From Elusimicrobiota bacterium (GTDB taxonomy: Bacteria; CG03; SLGR01; JBDRKX01): DNA of 64,000 nucleotides. Below, piece after piece: positions 15,101-30,100 of this stretch. Under the pieces are notes generated by a model. The model worked only from the letters and a program-made list of their open reading frames with translations, was not told where the DNA came from and searched no databases. Each line of letters begins with the position of its first letter. Position 1 is the stretch's first letter. Position numbers and translations under genes: made by a program. The stretch spans positions 32,001 through 96,000 of the forward strand of contig JBDRKX010000047.1 in the NCBI GenBank assembly GCA_043813605.1, written 5' to 3'.

Positions 15101-18100
15101 TTCTGTTCCAGATATGCTAGATAAGCGGTTGTTGTAACGGCAAACCCGCCCGGAACAGAAACACCTAAACCCATTGTTTTCAGTCTGTCTTTCAGTCTTC
15201 TAAACTTATCCTGCTTAATGCGAAGGAGCATACCCAGATTAGCGTTCTTTCCTCCAACCAGGTTTATATAATCTTCATCAAGCTCATCCAGCGGTATTAT
15301 GAAGCGGATATCCGCTTCAACCAGACTTGTTTTCTCTTTTTCAAGACTTTCTACTTTCTCTTTTAATTTATCAGAGTATATACCGGATTCTTCCGCCTGT
15401 ATGAGAACCCTGCGCACATCCACAAGGTCATCCAGCGTTATCTGATCCGGGCGAGATTCCAGTTGACGGATTTTTTTACGGTTTTGCTCTTTCAGAACTG
15501 CCAGTTTTTTACGGCTGTACCGGTCAATGTCCTGTATTGACGGTAATTCCATAATATCGGATACAAACTCTTTCCCGCCGCTTTTTATCAAGATATCCTG
15601 CTGTACACGAAAATAATCTACCTGCCGTTTGGTGGTATTCAGTGCCGTCATAACATCCGCAACCGTTACTGAAGCTTCGACAGCCTCAGAGTAACTATCC
15701 ATGATGTCCCGCACTTTTTCAGCCTGTATACTCAGCAATTGTTTCTGATATCTCCGCCATTCATCATCAAACTTCTTATTTGAAAGAACTGCCTGATGCA
15801 TGATGTTGGCGATATCCTGATCCGGTATATAGGAAGTTGCTGTATCTACCAGTAGAATCTGCTCTGCAATAAAGCGGATCACTTCAAAACTGTCCGTTTT
15901 TATTAATACTGCTTTAAGGTCTTCAAGAATTGACATATGGTCTCCGGTATACGCAAGGTTCCCATATATTTTCTCAAGCAATTCTTTTGCATACTTGATC
16001 TCTTTCTGCGCTTTTTCAGAAACAGGCATCACTGTTCCTTCAATTCCGTTAACTGAGAGAACATCGCCTTCAAGTATTTCGAACTCCGACACATCTACAT
16101 CGCGGCTTACCCATATACCATCGCTTGTCCGGGTATAATCCGTCGGAGCAACGAGTTTCAACACAATATGTTTGTCTTTTCCTTTACCAACCCACCGGGC
16201 GCTGTTCATAATTACTGAGGGTATACCGAATTCCCTTGTTGTAATACCCGCATGCGCCAGTATCCCGCCGCCGGTAGTAACAACAGCACGGGCTTCCCTG
16301 ATCGCCTCTATATCATCCGGGGTGGTGTAGGGAGCGATGAATATTCTGCCGTCTTCGGCTGCATGATCCTTGTTGTACGTAGCGATACCGACAACAGGTT
16401 TGCCTTCTCCAGGTGATGCGGCAAGTCCCCTGACCCGGCTTCCAAGAATACTGTCATAAGGTACTGCATGGAGCTTGTTGCGGGCGATACGCAGTTGCGC
16501 ATCAGTTATCTCTATCGGAAATGCTGCTTCATAGCGCGATTCTTCGAGAGTATCATATAAAGCAAGAGGATCTATATAGGCACGTAATAAAGTGCCATCG
16601 GGTTTTTGTGTCACCTTAAAGACAGCACCATGGCGTATTACACCGCTGTCAATATCACGCAGTGTATATATATACAGTGTACCGTCCGCTATCTCAAGGT
16701 TTGCTCTTTCCGCCTGGTAACGGCCTATGCCGCCTATTATCTCAAATTTAACATATCCCTCCAACTGGCTTATCAGGAGACCCGACTGTAAACTTACTTT
16801 TTCACGCGATACGCGGCTTTCTACTACTTTTGATATGTTTTCCGACAGCTTTTCAGCAGTTTTTGCGTATACCCTGTCCGGCAAACTAAAAGGATCGGCA
16901 ATATCCCGGGACACAGTCTCCGGACTGCTGTATTCTTCAAGCATCAACACTTTTGAAGAGAATTCCGGATATTTTTCAAGAACGATTTCTTTCTGATCAG
17001 ATGTCATAACAAGAACAATATCAGCTTTTTCCATATCTTCTTTCGACAGCTGTGTCGGGATATGTCCTTCTTCAGTATCAGGAATACCCATGGATCTTAA
17101 TGTAGTGTAGACTATTTCCGGTACCGGCTCGTTAGGATCAACATCTAGTCCCCTGGAAACGACATTCAGACCGGATATGCCGTTTTCTCCCATAGAATGT
17201 TTCAGTATGCGTTCTGCCATGTGACTCCTGCAGGTATTGCCCGTACAGACGAACATGATACTATTATCTATCGGCCTGAAAAGGTCCGCCAGAGCTCTGT
17301 CTGTGAGGTAATCGGGATCCCTTTCGACCCTGCCGTCTTCCATGATAAACTCGCCTCTTTCGAATCCCAGCCTGACGGGTTCATTGAAATAAGTATCAAT
17401 AACTCTCTGACCGATAATACGCTCCGTATCCGTGATAACCGGCAGTTCAAGCCGTTCCAGTTCCGAATTTATCGCTTTTTTAAGAATAGGCATTTTCTTA
17501 CCGGCAAACTTCATATATTCATCTATATATATACCGTAATCGGGTTCGGATCCATCCTTCCGGAACGGAAAATCGTTTTCTGCGGCAAAGATATCCGCCC
17601 ATTTGCGTGCAATCTTCGTATGCTCTTTCTTACTCTTTTTGGCTGCGTCAATATTGGCGTCAAGGTTAAAAGTAGAATTCAGGCCGCACATTACAGTATG
17701 AAAAGCAGCGATGAGTTCATCACTTGTGCCTATATTGCTGTCTTTATCAAGAACTGCCTGAACAAATTCATTATCTCCTGTCACAGTAACCTTCAATCCG
17801 AGGTTTTGAAAAAGCTTCTGTATAAACGCTACGCGTATAGCCCTCCATGCAGGGAACTGGTTCTTTTTACCCTCAGCATATGCTATACGGATCATCCCTC
17901 CCTCATCAGGAGGCGAAGGATTAAAATATATACCGGCGGAATGATCTCCCATCCTGATATGCGCCCATATAGTGTTATCCGTAAGTATGATCCTTCCGGA
18001 AGAACGGCCTTTAGGCCATAACATTACGGATCTCATAAGAGGTGACTTGACCATATTATCATCACCCAGCCACGGTTTGCGGCTGATGTCTATTACCGCA

Positions 18101-21100
18101 AGGTCTTCGTTTATCGGGAAGAACAGTGATTTACCTAACTTTCGGGTAAGCCTGTCAAGCAGCCAGAAACTGTGCTGATGTATATAATTTATCAACTCGT
18201 GCAGGGTTTCGACATCTTTGAGCTTATCTGCAGTCTTAAAACCGGTCACGGAATTAGTTATCTCTGCAGGCAGTATATCCTGCGCACCGTAGGAACTCAT
18301 TAACTCTTCGATGTTCTTTTTCAGCTTCTTAAATTTCGCATTTACCCATTTAGTCTCATTTGCCGACGCCAGTGAAGTAGTATAAACTTCGATCATAGTC
18401 TCCAGGTGTTTAAGTATCGTTTCTGTTCTGCTACGGGTAAGACTGCCCGATTCACCAAAAACCAGTGCCAGTGCCGCGAAATTAGCATCTATCAGCTTAT
18501 TGAACTCATTGATCCTTTCCTTAAGTTCATCTATCTCTTTCGATTCTTCCCCTTTTTGTATCTTGTTAACATCACCGCTGACTATCTTTAACTGAGGATA
18601 ATATGCCGAACCTTGTGGAACAATTCCTTCCGGCGCATATATAAGGCGGTAATTCCCGTATAAAACATACTGTTTCGGTATACCCGGAAGGATACCGTAT
18701 TCCAAGCTCCTGAGAAAATCATACAGAGTTGATGCGCTTCTTGCCAAATGGGTTTTATTCTCATTTAAGAGGAGCTTTAATATTTTTTCCTTTGACGGCA
18801 TTCTGCGCGGAACAAACATTACTGCAAGTTCGGGGATAAATTCTTCCAGCCTGTTTACAATGTCTGAACCGTATTCCTCAGTTAATGTAGCAATAGTATC
18901 TGACGCGATCAGACCCCTGTTTTCTTTCAGTGTCTTTTCTATCTGAGATAGGTCTGTTTCATCGAGTGTCAGATTAAGCTCGTTCGCGCGTTTATGCAGG
19001 TTTTTAAGTTTGTTTTTAACTTTGTGGGGAGTTATACTGTGGACAGGAGTATTATCGTCTATGTGACTGGTTTCCCGATAAACCCAGTTATTGAACCCGC
19101 AGTTTTCAATATAATAATCATGGGCTATAACGGTTTTAAACAGGTTCTTTACCGCTATATCCACGTCGTCATCGTCACCGCCTTTATCCCTCCTGGTTAT
19201 TGCTATCCGATGGATAAGGTTCCGGTGCACGAAAATATGGCCGTCTCTCGTCCATGTTGCGTCACCGCCCGTTTCTGCGCCTTCCGGCAGTTTTGTAACA
19301 ATATGGAATTTCGCAGGATTCATGGAACCCCTGTATCCTGCCACGCCCAGCACATTGTTCATCTCTTCTATAGCTTCATTAGCCAGAGTACGGAATCTGA
19401 GTTTATGTTTCTTTCCCTGGTGATCGTAACTGTACGGGCCCCTTATGTTATCATATGCAAAACCTATACTCTCGAGCAGTTCTTTGTTTTTCCTGATGAC
19501 ATTATATGTGAATATAAGAGGCGTACCTGCATATACAGCCGCCATATCCGCAAACCGTTTTTTTGCACCTTTTTCGGTTGTAACAGGTTTTTGGAATCTC
19601 CTGGCCAGCTTGACTGCCGGGTGATCACTATTGATACCTAACTGCTCCACAACAGATTCTAGCAGACTGTTCAGAACCTCATTGTGGTCACCTTCCCAGA
19701 GATTTAGTCCACTAAATACTGATAACCAGTTGAAAAAACCCGAAATAGACGGGCTGGTTCCTCTTGCTTCATTGATAGTTTTCTTTGCTGATTCGGCAAG
19801 TTCACTGTAAACAGCAAGTCTCTTTTCGGATTCCGGTGTTTCTTCTATTTTTTCGGCCACAATGACAATATTCCTGTTTACAACCGGCGCGCGCCCCGCT
19901 TTCTTCCTCCATCCCGGATAAGTGTCATTGAACATGCCTGAAACTACCCTGATATTCCCGTAACCGAGTGATTCCAGCATATCCCTGTATTTATGCACAG
20001 GCATCTCGTCGTCTCTCGATCTGAATGTAATTATCACCCTGCCGGCGGTTTTCAGTTTATTAAGAACCTGTCTCATTAATTCCGTTTTAGCATCCTCGTC
20101 AAATGAATGGAGCACATTGGCGCATGTGACTACATCAAATTCAGTATTGCCGAGTTTATTATCCTCAAGGGATTTTTCGAGTTTAGATATATCTCCGCTG
20201 ACAAACTCTATATCAAGGTCTCTTTCCGCGGCTTTTCTGCCTGCCGCTGCAACCATTTCGTCCCTCATATCCATTCCCGTTACTCTATTTGCTCCCTTAT
20301 ATGCTGCAAGAGCAGCCATTATGCCCGTTCCCGAACCGAGATCCAGAACATTTCCGGCATTATTCGGTATAAATTTATCTGCAGCATACGTCATCGCTTC
20401 CGAGATCCGGGACCTTTCGGATCCGTCCGGCCCTATTATCATTGCGAGGTTCGGAGAATACCTCATTATCTCCGACGTGATCTCTTCCGAAGTGATCCGC
20501 TTTTCGGCGGCTTCTTTGACTGGTATTCCCGGGACTATTTCTATCAGGGCTTCATAGAGCGCTGTCCTGTTACGGAACCTTTTCACAATATCCCTTTCCT
20601 CGTAGACAACATCCACGCTCCCATCAGCTTTTGTTATATACATACCGTCTATGTCGCTTAGGTCATATGAATAATATATTTTTCTGCCCGCATCATAGTA
20701 ATCCGGGGACCTTCCCCTGCCGCGGCCGGCAAGGAACCAGAGCGCGCCCCTGATTTCTTCTGAGGAAAAATCCCCTGTCAATCCGTACAGTTTCTCGGGG
20801 TACCGTTTAGCTGTTTTTTCCCAGGCATAGAGTACGGCAAAATCAGTATCTTTTTCTCCATGTATGCTCTTTATACCATTAACAGTTGTTCCCCTGTCAG
20901 TCATAAGTTCGTCTACTATTACCAGTTTATCGCCTTCAGATATGCCTTTTGAAGCAAGGTATTTTCTGCCGAGGTCTATCAGTTTTTCAGTACCCGGCTG
21001 ACGGGTATCCAGATGAAACTGAGAAAAATCAACAAGATACAGGTCATCAACCCTGTTGTAATAAGCGGGGTCCGTTTTCGTGATGAAAAGCGCCGTATCA

Positions 21101-24100
21101 TAAAGCATATCGGCGCCTCTTCCGATAAACAGCAGTTTCTTTCCCTTGTTTTCCGGATTATCCAGCACCCATTTCATCATGTTATAATAGACAGGCGCAT
21201 GGGTGGCTATGTTTTCTCTGTATTCCTCCCTGCTGTAATTACCCAGTCCGCTTTCTTCACTACGCTGATCTTCCGGCAACATTGATATTTCCTGAAGCAT
21301 AGGATCATTTTCATAGAGACCGGCCATCTCCAGTTCTTCCGCCATCTCTCTGAACCGGGTTTCTCCAAGACGATCAAGTAATTCCTGAGCCCTGTCCGAA
21401 GTCAGAAGAGGAACTGGTTCAGGTTTTTCCAGCGTTACACTGTTAAGTACCTTGTAATCTGAGCTGAAAGGAAGCTGGTCGTAATAGATGACATCCAGCT
21501 TATCAACTGTAAGAATACCGAAAGAACGCTGGTATTTTGCCACAATACCTTTGAATTTCATCAGTTCGTCCCAGCTAAAAGGTTCTGCGAAATAACCCAA
21601 GGTTATATGCGGCATTCTTTCAGTGTGTTTTCCCCACTCATCCCTTCTGGATGCTATAGGGTCCGTATTGTCTTCTGCAAGATATGACTGGACTTCCCAG
21701 AAAATACCCATTCCGATATCCCAGTTCAGTCCGCTCACTTCAGCTTCAAATGAAGGGGAGGCAATATCCGAAGCACGCGCCACTTCATCTTCCTTTATAC
21801 CGCCCTGGGTAGTCAGGTGCAGTAATTCAGGTGCGACAAAAACGATCTTTTCCGGGAACGCATATTCAAGTTCTTCCTGGAATTTCCGCATACGGTCTCT
21901 TACCGGACCTTCAGGGATAAAATATACTTCAGTTATTCCCTCTTTCTTTGTTTTACCTTTTTCCGGCTGTACAAGCCCGTCTTTTCCTATATACCTCTTC
22001 GTCTCTGTCAGATCGCGCTCTGTGATCTCTTTTACCCTGCTGTTTCTCTTCACTATCTCATCATGCGCTTCTTTATAATGATCGTTTCTGACAAACGCTT
22101 TAACAGGACCTGCAACAGCACTGGGTATATCCTCTATGATTTTTTCATCTTCTGTTTCTTCAGCGGGTTTCAGCTCCAATTTAATGAAATTAACCAGGCC
22201 TGTTTGCCTGTTCTCATCAAGTGCTTTTTTTGTCTTATCATAGTTTGCGTTAAAATAGTCAGTAAAATCGTGTTCTTCTTCCTCTACATCTTTTACTATA
22301 AGTCCTTTTACTGATGCCCGTTTCACATAACCGTCTCTTACAAGACTGTTTACACTGAAGAAGATCCTGGGTTCAGATACCAAATTTATTACCAGGTTAG
22401 ATTTTCCGCCGGCAACCGCTTTGTCTATAAGAGATCTCATTACAGCAGTATGCCACCTGATATCTCTGGCCCAGTCATAGAGCACTATCTCTGTTTCTAT
22501 AAGCGTGTCCCCGTCTTCTTTCAGGTTGATCTTGCCTATAAGATCACCTTTTTCGTCACGGATCCTGTGGTTATATTCGTAATCCCCGCGTTCCGGTGTA
22601 AATACAAATCTTTCCGGCATTACTGTTTCTTTAGCGATTATACCTAACGGGAGATCGTAGAATTTAGCGATATTACGGTTATAGAATATATGGAATATTA
22701 CAGCAGCAATAGTGCCGTATACCATACCCACAACAGGTACGGAAGCCATTAGCGCTCCGACGCCTATGACAACCGACATCACCGCGGCAAATACCCCGAG
22801 TATGATCCTGTCCTGCCAGACAGCTTTCACCGGGTACCCGTATTTATGGTAATAGACTCCCGGATGGAGAAGAACGAATAAGAACGAGGTAAACGCACCA
22901 GAAACGGCAAGGCTGCCGAGCAGGTCGTATCCCGTGAACATATTCACAAGATACGATACGAATCCCAATACCCCGGCAAACATCAGTGTCTCGTAAAACG
23001 CGAGTTTTGGGGGTTCTTTTGCTACGCGTTCCGGATGCCAGTACGGGCTGAACGCGGCAGGCACTCCTTTTTTTACAGCTTGTACTTTATCCTTGAGAGT
23101 ATCATGGAATTCTCTGGGAAAGAGAGCCAGTGCCTGATTGATATCATCTCCGTACGTTTTTGCAATATCTTCTGCCAGCCGGTCAAAAGCGCGCACCGAT
23201 TCTTCAGAATCACCCTGTAGAAACTCTATAATGTTCTCATCAAGTCCTTCATTCGCTTTATGCCGTTCATATACAACTTCCAGTCCCAGCAGCCTGTACG
23301 CGTTCCTGACACCTATATCTATGTTCTTAAGATTCTTTTCTGTAAGTTCCGATTCCTGGTTCCTGAACTCAGAAAACTTCTTCATTGCAATGGCTTTGCC
23401 GACAAGATCGTCACCGAAAATATTCTCTATAAAATACCGTATCTGTTTTAATGACGGTTTACGATCAGAAGTAACAGGGATACCCATAGTAACAAGCGGC
23501 ATTCCTTTATCCGGATCGCTTAAATTGTTAATAAACGAGAATATCCACCACAGATTAAGTTTCATCATATCTGCATCCAGATACCCGTTTTTATCCAGGA
23601 AGGCCGTTAAGGATTTAAACTCAATAGTAGGATCTTTCTCACCCAGCGTGATAAAAGCAAAATGGTCTTCCGCTACTTTCTTTCGTAAATTCGGGAGCCT
23701 GCTCAGGTATTCATCATTAGGCATCTTAATAGATGAATTAGTAAGGCCCTTGTAACCGAGATTGGATAAAACAGCCCACATCGATTCGTATACCTTTATC
23801 ATATGGACAAAATTGTCTATATCCAATTCCAGCCGGTTTTTATCCCCGTCTCTAACAATCGGCATTGATTTTAGTCCTGCATGCGCATGAAGACTCGCAA
23901 ATCCGGACTTTACAAAATTCCGGATATTCTTCATTTCATTTATGAGCGTATTCCAGTCCTCCACGGTGTTCGTGTGGAAGGTATCTACCATTGACTGTGT
24001 TTTAAACTCGAAAAGGCTCCTTGATTCGTCACTCAATTCCCAGCCGGGTGCAGCTGCACTTTTATTCAGCCTGATATGATTCCAGTATTCATTTTTTATT

Positions 24101-27100
24101 ATCCAGTAATATTTTCCGGGAAGTATATTTTTTGTTTCCCAGAGATTCCAGTCTGCTTCAGTCAATGGCGGAAGGTTCTCATCTTCAAACACGCCTTCAA
24201 GAAAGTCCCTTGAATAGAGGTTCTTTATTTCAGGCTGTACATAGAACTCCAATTCAAGCGAGAATGTCGCATCACCCGGTTTCCTGAAAGGAAGCGGTAA
24301 GAGGCCCGCATTATCTTTTAAATCGACTTTATCCATTAAACTGTACAGTTCTTCTGTCTCTTCATCTGAGATGTTCCTGATATTGACCAGATAGAGAAGC
24401 AGTTTCTGCTGTTCATTTTCCGGAAGATGAGCCGTTGAGCTCAGGAGATACTGCTTATGGAGTTCAGGATAATCTTCGGGGATAACTTTTTCTATCGGAG
24501 AGGGTTTACGACCGGCCGGTTTGTCTTCGCCGGAACCCTTTGCCGTTATCATATTGCTAACCGCTTCCTGTTTCGATGAAAGGTCTTTCGGGGTAATTAT
24601 CTTGGTCTCCAGCATTTCCTTCAGGACAGATAAGCTGGAAACTGGCTCAATACCAGTTTTCCCAAGGAGGCCGGCAATATGCTGTATATCTTTGCTTTTT
24701 ATCTGCCCTGTCTTTAAAAGGGCCTCGATTATTGAATAACTCTCGTCTATATTTTCATTGTTCTCCGCTATTGAAAGCATATCGTAAACCGCGCCGTTAT
24801 CTATGAGGTTATCTTTATAAAGGCGGTTTATCGTATCCCAGAACTGCGGATTATTCCTGATCCCGTCATATTTTTCGCCCCTGAGCATGTCATGTAACAA
24901 TTCAACTATCTTGCCTGTTAATGTTTTATTCCCGGAATAATCAGCGCCCGTCTCTATTTCGAATGTCCGCCGGACGAGTGTTTCCAGGACGGCTATCCTC
25001 TGGTTTAAAAACTCTATTATTTCTTTTGCATCATCATCCGGATATCCGGCTTCTTTGATAAAAGCAGAAAAATTATTTTTAATTGATTTAAAATAATTTA
25101 TCGATTCCTCAAGAGCCTGAATATCGTATGAGTCATGGGATTCAATACGGGAGACCACATTTGAGTAATAATAAAGAAAGTCCGCAAAATTCATGTTCGT
25201 ATCGAATCCTGCATCGTTGTCAAAGATAACAGGGACATCAAACACTCTTATCGAGTTTGAACCATGCTGGTCCCACTTGCCTATCAAAGCATTAAATACG
25301 AGTTGCGCGCTTCTGCCTTTCCTGGAGTCACTGTAAACGAGTTCTTCCTTTTTATAGTCCTGGGCGACTCTTGTAAGGAAATATCCTTTTTCACTGCTTC
25401 CGACATTTTTCAATTTCCTTGATTCTTCGGAAGAGAGCGATCTTATCTCTACAGTGTCGACTCTGCCTCTGCCCAAAAGATAGCCCAGCAGTTCCCTTTT
25501 GTAATCGTTACGGTTTCTATGATTCCCTATCTTATAATGCCCCCCGCGCTTCTTTACGAGAAAAACATTGCCTGCTTCATCAATAACAGCCGGAAACCCC
25601 CTGGGATTGCAGTTCTGCCCGAATTTCGCTTCAAGTTTTTTATTGCCGATCATGCTGTAGCTGTGCGGCGTATCAGACCTGACACCTGATTCTGCCAGTA
25701 CCGTAATCGGCTCCGAATAGAAAGATATCATTTCCCTGGCGCGTTCTGCGATTGCTTGTGCGGATACTAAAGCTTCTGTTATCTCCTCATTACCTAGCAA
25801 CGCATCTCTTATTTGATGATCCGGTATAAGTATTTCCCAAAGTTCATGACTCAATTTCTTCTCATATACCGTGAGATTGCCGCCTTTTTCTTCTGCCATA
25901 CCGGCGTCTACGATATACGCTCTCATACCAAGCGATCGGGTCATCCCTATCATTATGTTTGACGGGTTCCATAGATCGTCAACATAAATACCGCTAAAAC
26001 TCAGATCTCTCACCAACTGCCTGATAAGCTCGAGATTATCCGCATTCAGATCTATACGCGGATCATTTATTGAATGGCCGTAAACCCTTTCTGATACTAT
26101 ATATACAAGCTTATCGGTACGGACGATCTCTATCGGACGCGGCGCCAATCCTTCCTTGTAGAGCTCTTCGAGCATCCTGTATTCTTCTTTTGCACTGTTA
26201 AAGTAGATCTCTTTGTTAATTATTTTGATGACAAGGTCTTCATTAAAAGGATGTATGAATACAGTACCGTACTCACCGCTTTTTATGAGTTCGGCATTTC
26301 TTGATTCACCCGCTATCTCTACTTTAAGTTCGCTCTCTGCCTTTTCATAGGAAAGTTTAATTTCTCTAGCAGGTTTTGCCATCGCTTTTGCAGGTCTTTC
26401 AGCCATAAACTCTTCAACCTGCCAGGCAAGTGCTTCTTCCCTTTCTTTGTATGTCTTACCGTTTATCTCTTTAATAAAATTACCCAGTCTGCCTTGGAAT
26501 ATTACGTAGAGTGCATCTATGAGACGGTTTTCAGAATATTTGCCGGTAGACTGGGAGTATGTGAAGAAATCATACAGGAATTCAGCCCATAATTCTGAAT
26601 CAAGATTGCTTATGTTTTCCAGTCTACCTGCTATTCGAGGTGAGATTTCGGCTATTATCTCTTTTATTTCCGGGAATTTATCATCATATTGTTTTATCAG
26701 ATTAGCGTAATACTCGCGGGGATATTGTATTTTTTCATCAGACGCATTATTTATTAATTCCTCAAAAACGCTATCTTCCGGAGGAGCTCTCTCTTCCAGT
26801 AGTCTTTCCTCTCGCACTAACTCCAGTATCTCTTTCATCACTGTTCTGAATCTATCAGCCGGGTCTACCGGTTTGTGTATTTTTCGCAGAGGAATAGCCA
26901 CATGAACTATTGCTGAGCCGTTTCTCTGTGCATTCAGCGCCCAGGCGCCTTCCGCCTTATACGCTTTATCAGCCATCATTGCTGATAAAACAGCCGGATC
27001 CCGCACAAGATTCTTAATAAAATCAGCAGAAAATGCATACTCACCGCCGCCTGCCTGTCTGAATCGGCCGTATAACGGGTAAAGTACCAGATCCATCACG

Positions 27101-30100
27101 CCTGCATCATCATTCCGGTAATCCCTTATATATGAAGAACCTACATACTGTTTGTGATCCCTATATACAGGCTCTAAATACGCTTTTACCCATTCGGGAT
27201 CGATATTCTCTATATCGCCGTCAAATGTGACCCATGCATCAGCTTTCAGGAGATTTACAATCTCCCAACCCAGCATCTGTCCCCAGAATTTTCCTTTGAT
27301 CGCTCCCGGCTTGATCCATGATACCAGTTCGACATTATCCACATTGTCTATTGAACTTCTGTCTATTTGCGACAATGTCTGTTTACTTGGTTTTTCTCCG
27401 CTAAGGACGATCATAGCCCTTTTCCCGGGATAATATTCAGCAAGTCCTTCCAATACCGTATCTATACCATGGTTTATCAACTCCAGGGGTTCTTTATTGT
27501 AATTAAGCTGTATGACAATGTCCGCTTTATCAATATCCACCACTTTTCTCAATTGTTTTTGGCGGAATCTGCTGAATGTTCTTAATTTGTCTTTATAGTC
27601 TGAGAATCTACCCGCTAACTCCTTAGTATTGATCAGCATTTCTTCTTCCGGGATCTTTCTGGGAAACAGGCCGGTAAAGAACCTTTTTATTCTCTGGTTT
27701 ATGGACGCGAATAATGAAACTTCTTCTTTTTCCAGGATATATTCAGGTTCTATTTTTTCAAGTGCATCAACAGATTCTAATTCCACATAATCTTCGGCAT
27801 CCACATAAAGCGGATTAGATGCAGTAAATTCCGAGAGCCTTCCTTTATATACAGGATATCCGGTATCTTCGGCATCACCTGCTTCTGCCCGTTTAACATA
27901 TACTGCAACTTTGTCCAGCGGTATTTCCCACTTTATAATATCGAATATCTGTTTTCTCAATGAGACCATTGCCGGATGCATGTTCTCAAAATGTTCTATT
28001 CCGTTAATCCTGATAGATATCAGTTTATCTCCGAATATAGGCTCACCGGCTGCATCCAGCCCGAGTGAACCGTTTGAATCGACTATCTTATCATCCAACT
28101 GGCTGAATCCTATCAATTTCGCAATATACCTGGCTAATCCTGACTCGAAATACCTGTGGAATTGTGCCAGGTAATCAGTCTCCTGTTTAGCACAGCTTAT
28201 AGAAATCAAATACGGAAAATTCGGATGTTTGCTGGCTTTGCGCATCATATCCTGCCACAACTGAAGGTCCTTTGATCCCGGCCACAACTGTAATACAAGG
28301 TTGGTTCTGCCTGTAAAAGCCTTATATAATTTCCAGAACAGGTACTGCCCGGTTAATGTAAGATAGTTTTTCGCGCCCCTGCTGTATCCGTTGAGAGCCG
28401 CATTCTGAATAAGTCCCGTCGCAAGTCCCGATTTAAACTCATCCGGTTTCAGTTCACCATTTTCATCAAAGAACATAGTCGAGATCATATATGTGGTGAA
28501 CAGGCCGCCCACGCTTATTCCCATCGGGATTATAATCTTCTTGTCCGCGAACAGGCCGTCGCCATTGTTCAGATGATCGTATGCCTGCCAGATATGTTCT
28601 GCTATGTTTTCCCGCAGGGTCTTTTTTATCGTCTTGAATATCTGATCAGGATATGAATGTCCCGCAATGAGTACCGAATGGTTCTTAATAAGATCCAAGC
28701 CTGTTCCGCTTATATAGTATATACCGAAAAGCCTGTCATAAGAGTATCTCTTGATCCACCCGTGTATAGCATCGAGCTCTATCTTTCCCTGTGTAAAGAT
28801 TATCGCGGATTCAGTTCCGTCATCAAACCATAATTCAAGGTCCTCGTCTTCAACCTCTCTTTTCTGTCGAGGGGGAAAAACACTTGCAAATATTTTTTTG
28901 ATACGGCTGGGTTTGGCAATATCGACCGGGTGGGTATATGCAATGATATAATCTTCTACATACTGGACTGTCTTATTGAACGCTTCTATATCTCCGCGGG
29001 CATAATACTGCTCCAGGAACAATAGAATACGCTGCACCTTTGGATCCTCTTTCATTTCAGCATCTTCCACTTTCTTGATGATATCATTGACCTTCCTGCC
29101 CAGCATCTTCTTCCTGGCAAAAGTCAGCCAATGCCCGGGAGCTACAAACCTGAACGTCTTATGCCAAATCTCAACCTGTTTTTCTTCAATATTTACGAAA
29201 TCGAGCTCATTATACTTCTTGGCGTTGTCCATGGCGTCCATGAACTGCCTTATTACCTGAGCCGTGCCCCTGTACCTTACATTATCCCCCTGGACATCTT
29301 TACCGACAATTACATTATCGTATTCCGAAACATATTGCTTCATTCCGAGAAAAACAGAGAGCAATGATTCGTCTTCAATATCCCACAGGAAACTGTCTGC
29401 CGTAGAATCACCCATTGCCAGTATCATACCTACGGTATGTTTTCTCCTGATGAAATCCCTGACGCCGTCAGACTTGTTATAGAGGCTCATCTTCATAAAA
29501 GCATCACCGAAACTCGGATAGTACTCGTTTTTGGGAAGTTCTATTCCTCTTGCCGAAAGTATGCTCAATGCCTCGTTGAGCGCCATCTTTGTGTCTATAC
29601 TGTCCAGTTTATTGTCATTATCAAGTATTACCAGCTCCGAATCGAATACCTGTATTTCCGTACTTGAGTATCTTTTTATAGCATTCTTGAATATCTGGTT
29701 GACATCGGTATAATTACCCGCTTCTTCCAATGCCGTGACAGCTTTTTCAAACACATCCTGTCTGATGATCACATTATTAAACAGTTTCAGGTAAGCGATC
29801 GTGAACGCTCTTGCAATTTCAAACTGCATTTTAGGATCGAATGTTTTTTTTGTGTCTTCAGAAGTCTTTCTTTCAACTATTTTCTCTTTTCCGTTATATG
29901 TAAAAGAGGTATTCTGTGCGCCTGAAAGAGATATGATCTCAAGGTTCTCCATATACTTTTCAGTAACATTCTTTTTCATCAACTCCAGTATAGGCTTAAT
30001 AACACGGGTATTAACCGCTTCTTTTTCAAATCGGATCTGCTTTTTGATGTGTTTTTCAGAATCCGGTGAATCGTATATCTTAACAGTCTTGATCTCTTCC

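Noticed and set aside
22300..22600. Possible GNAT acetyltransferase
   Set aside because: Only a vague strand/helix pattern, with no clear acetyl-CoA-binding motif.
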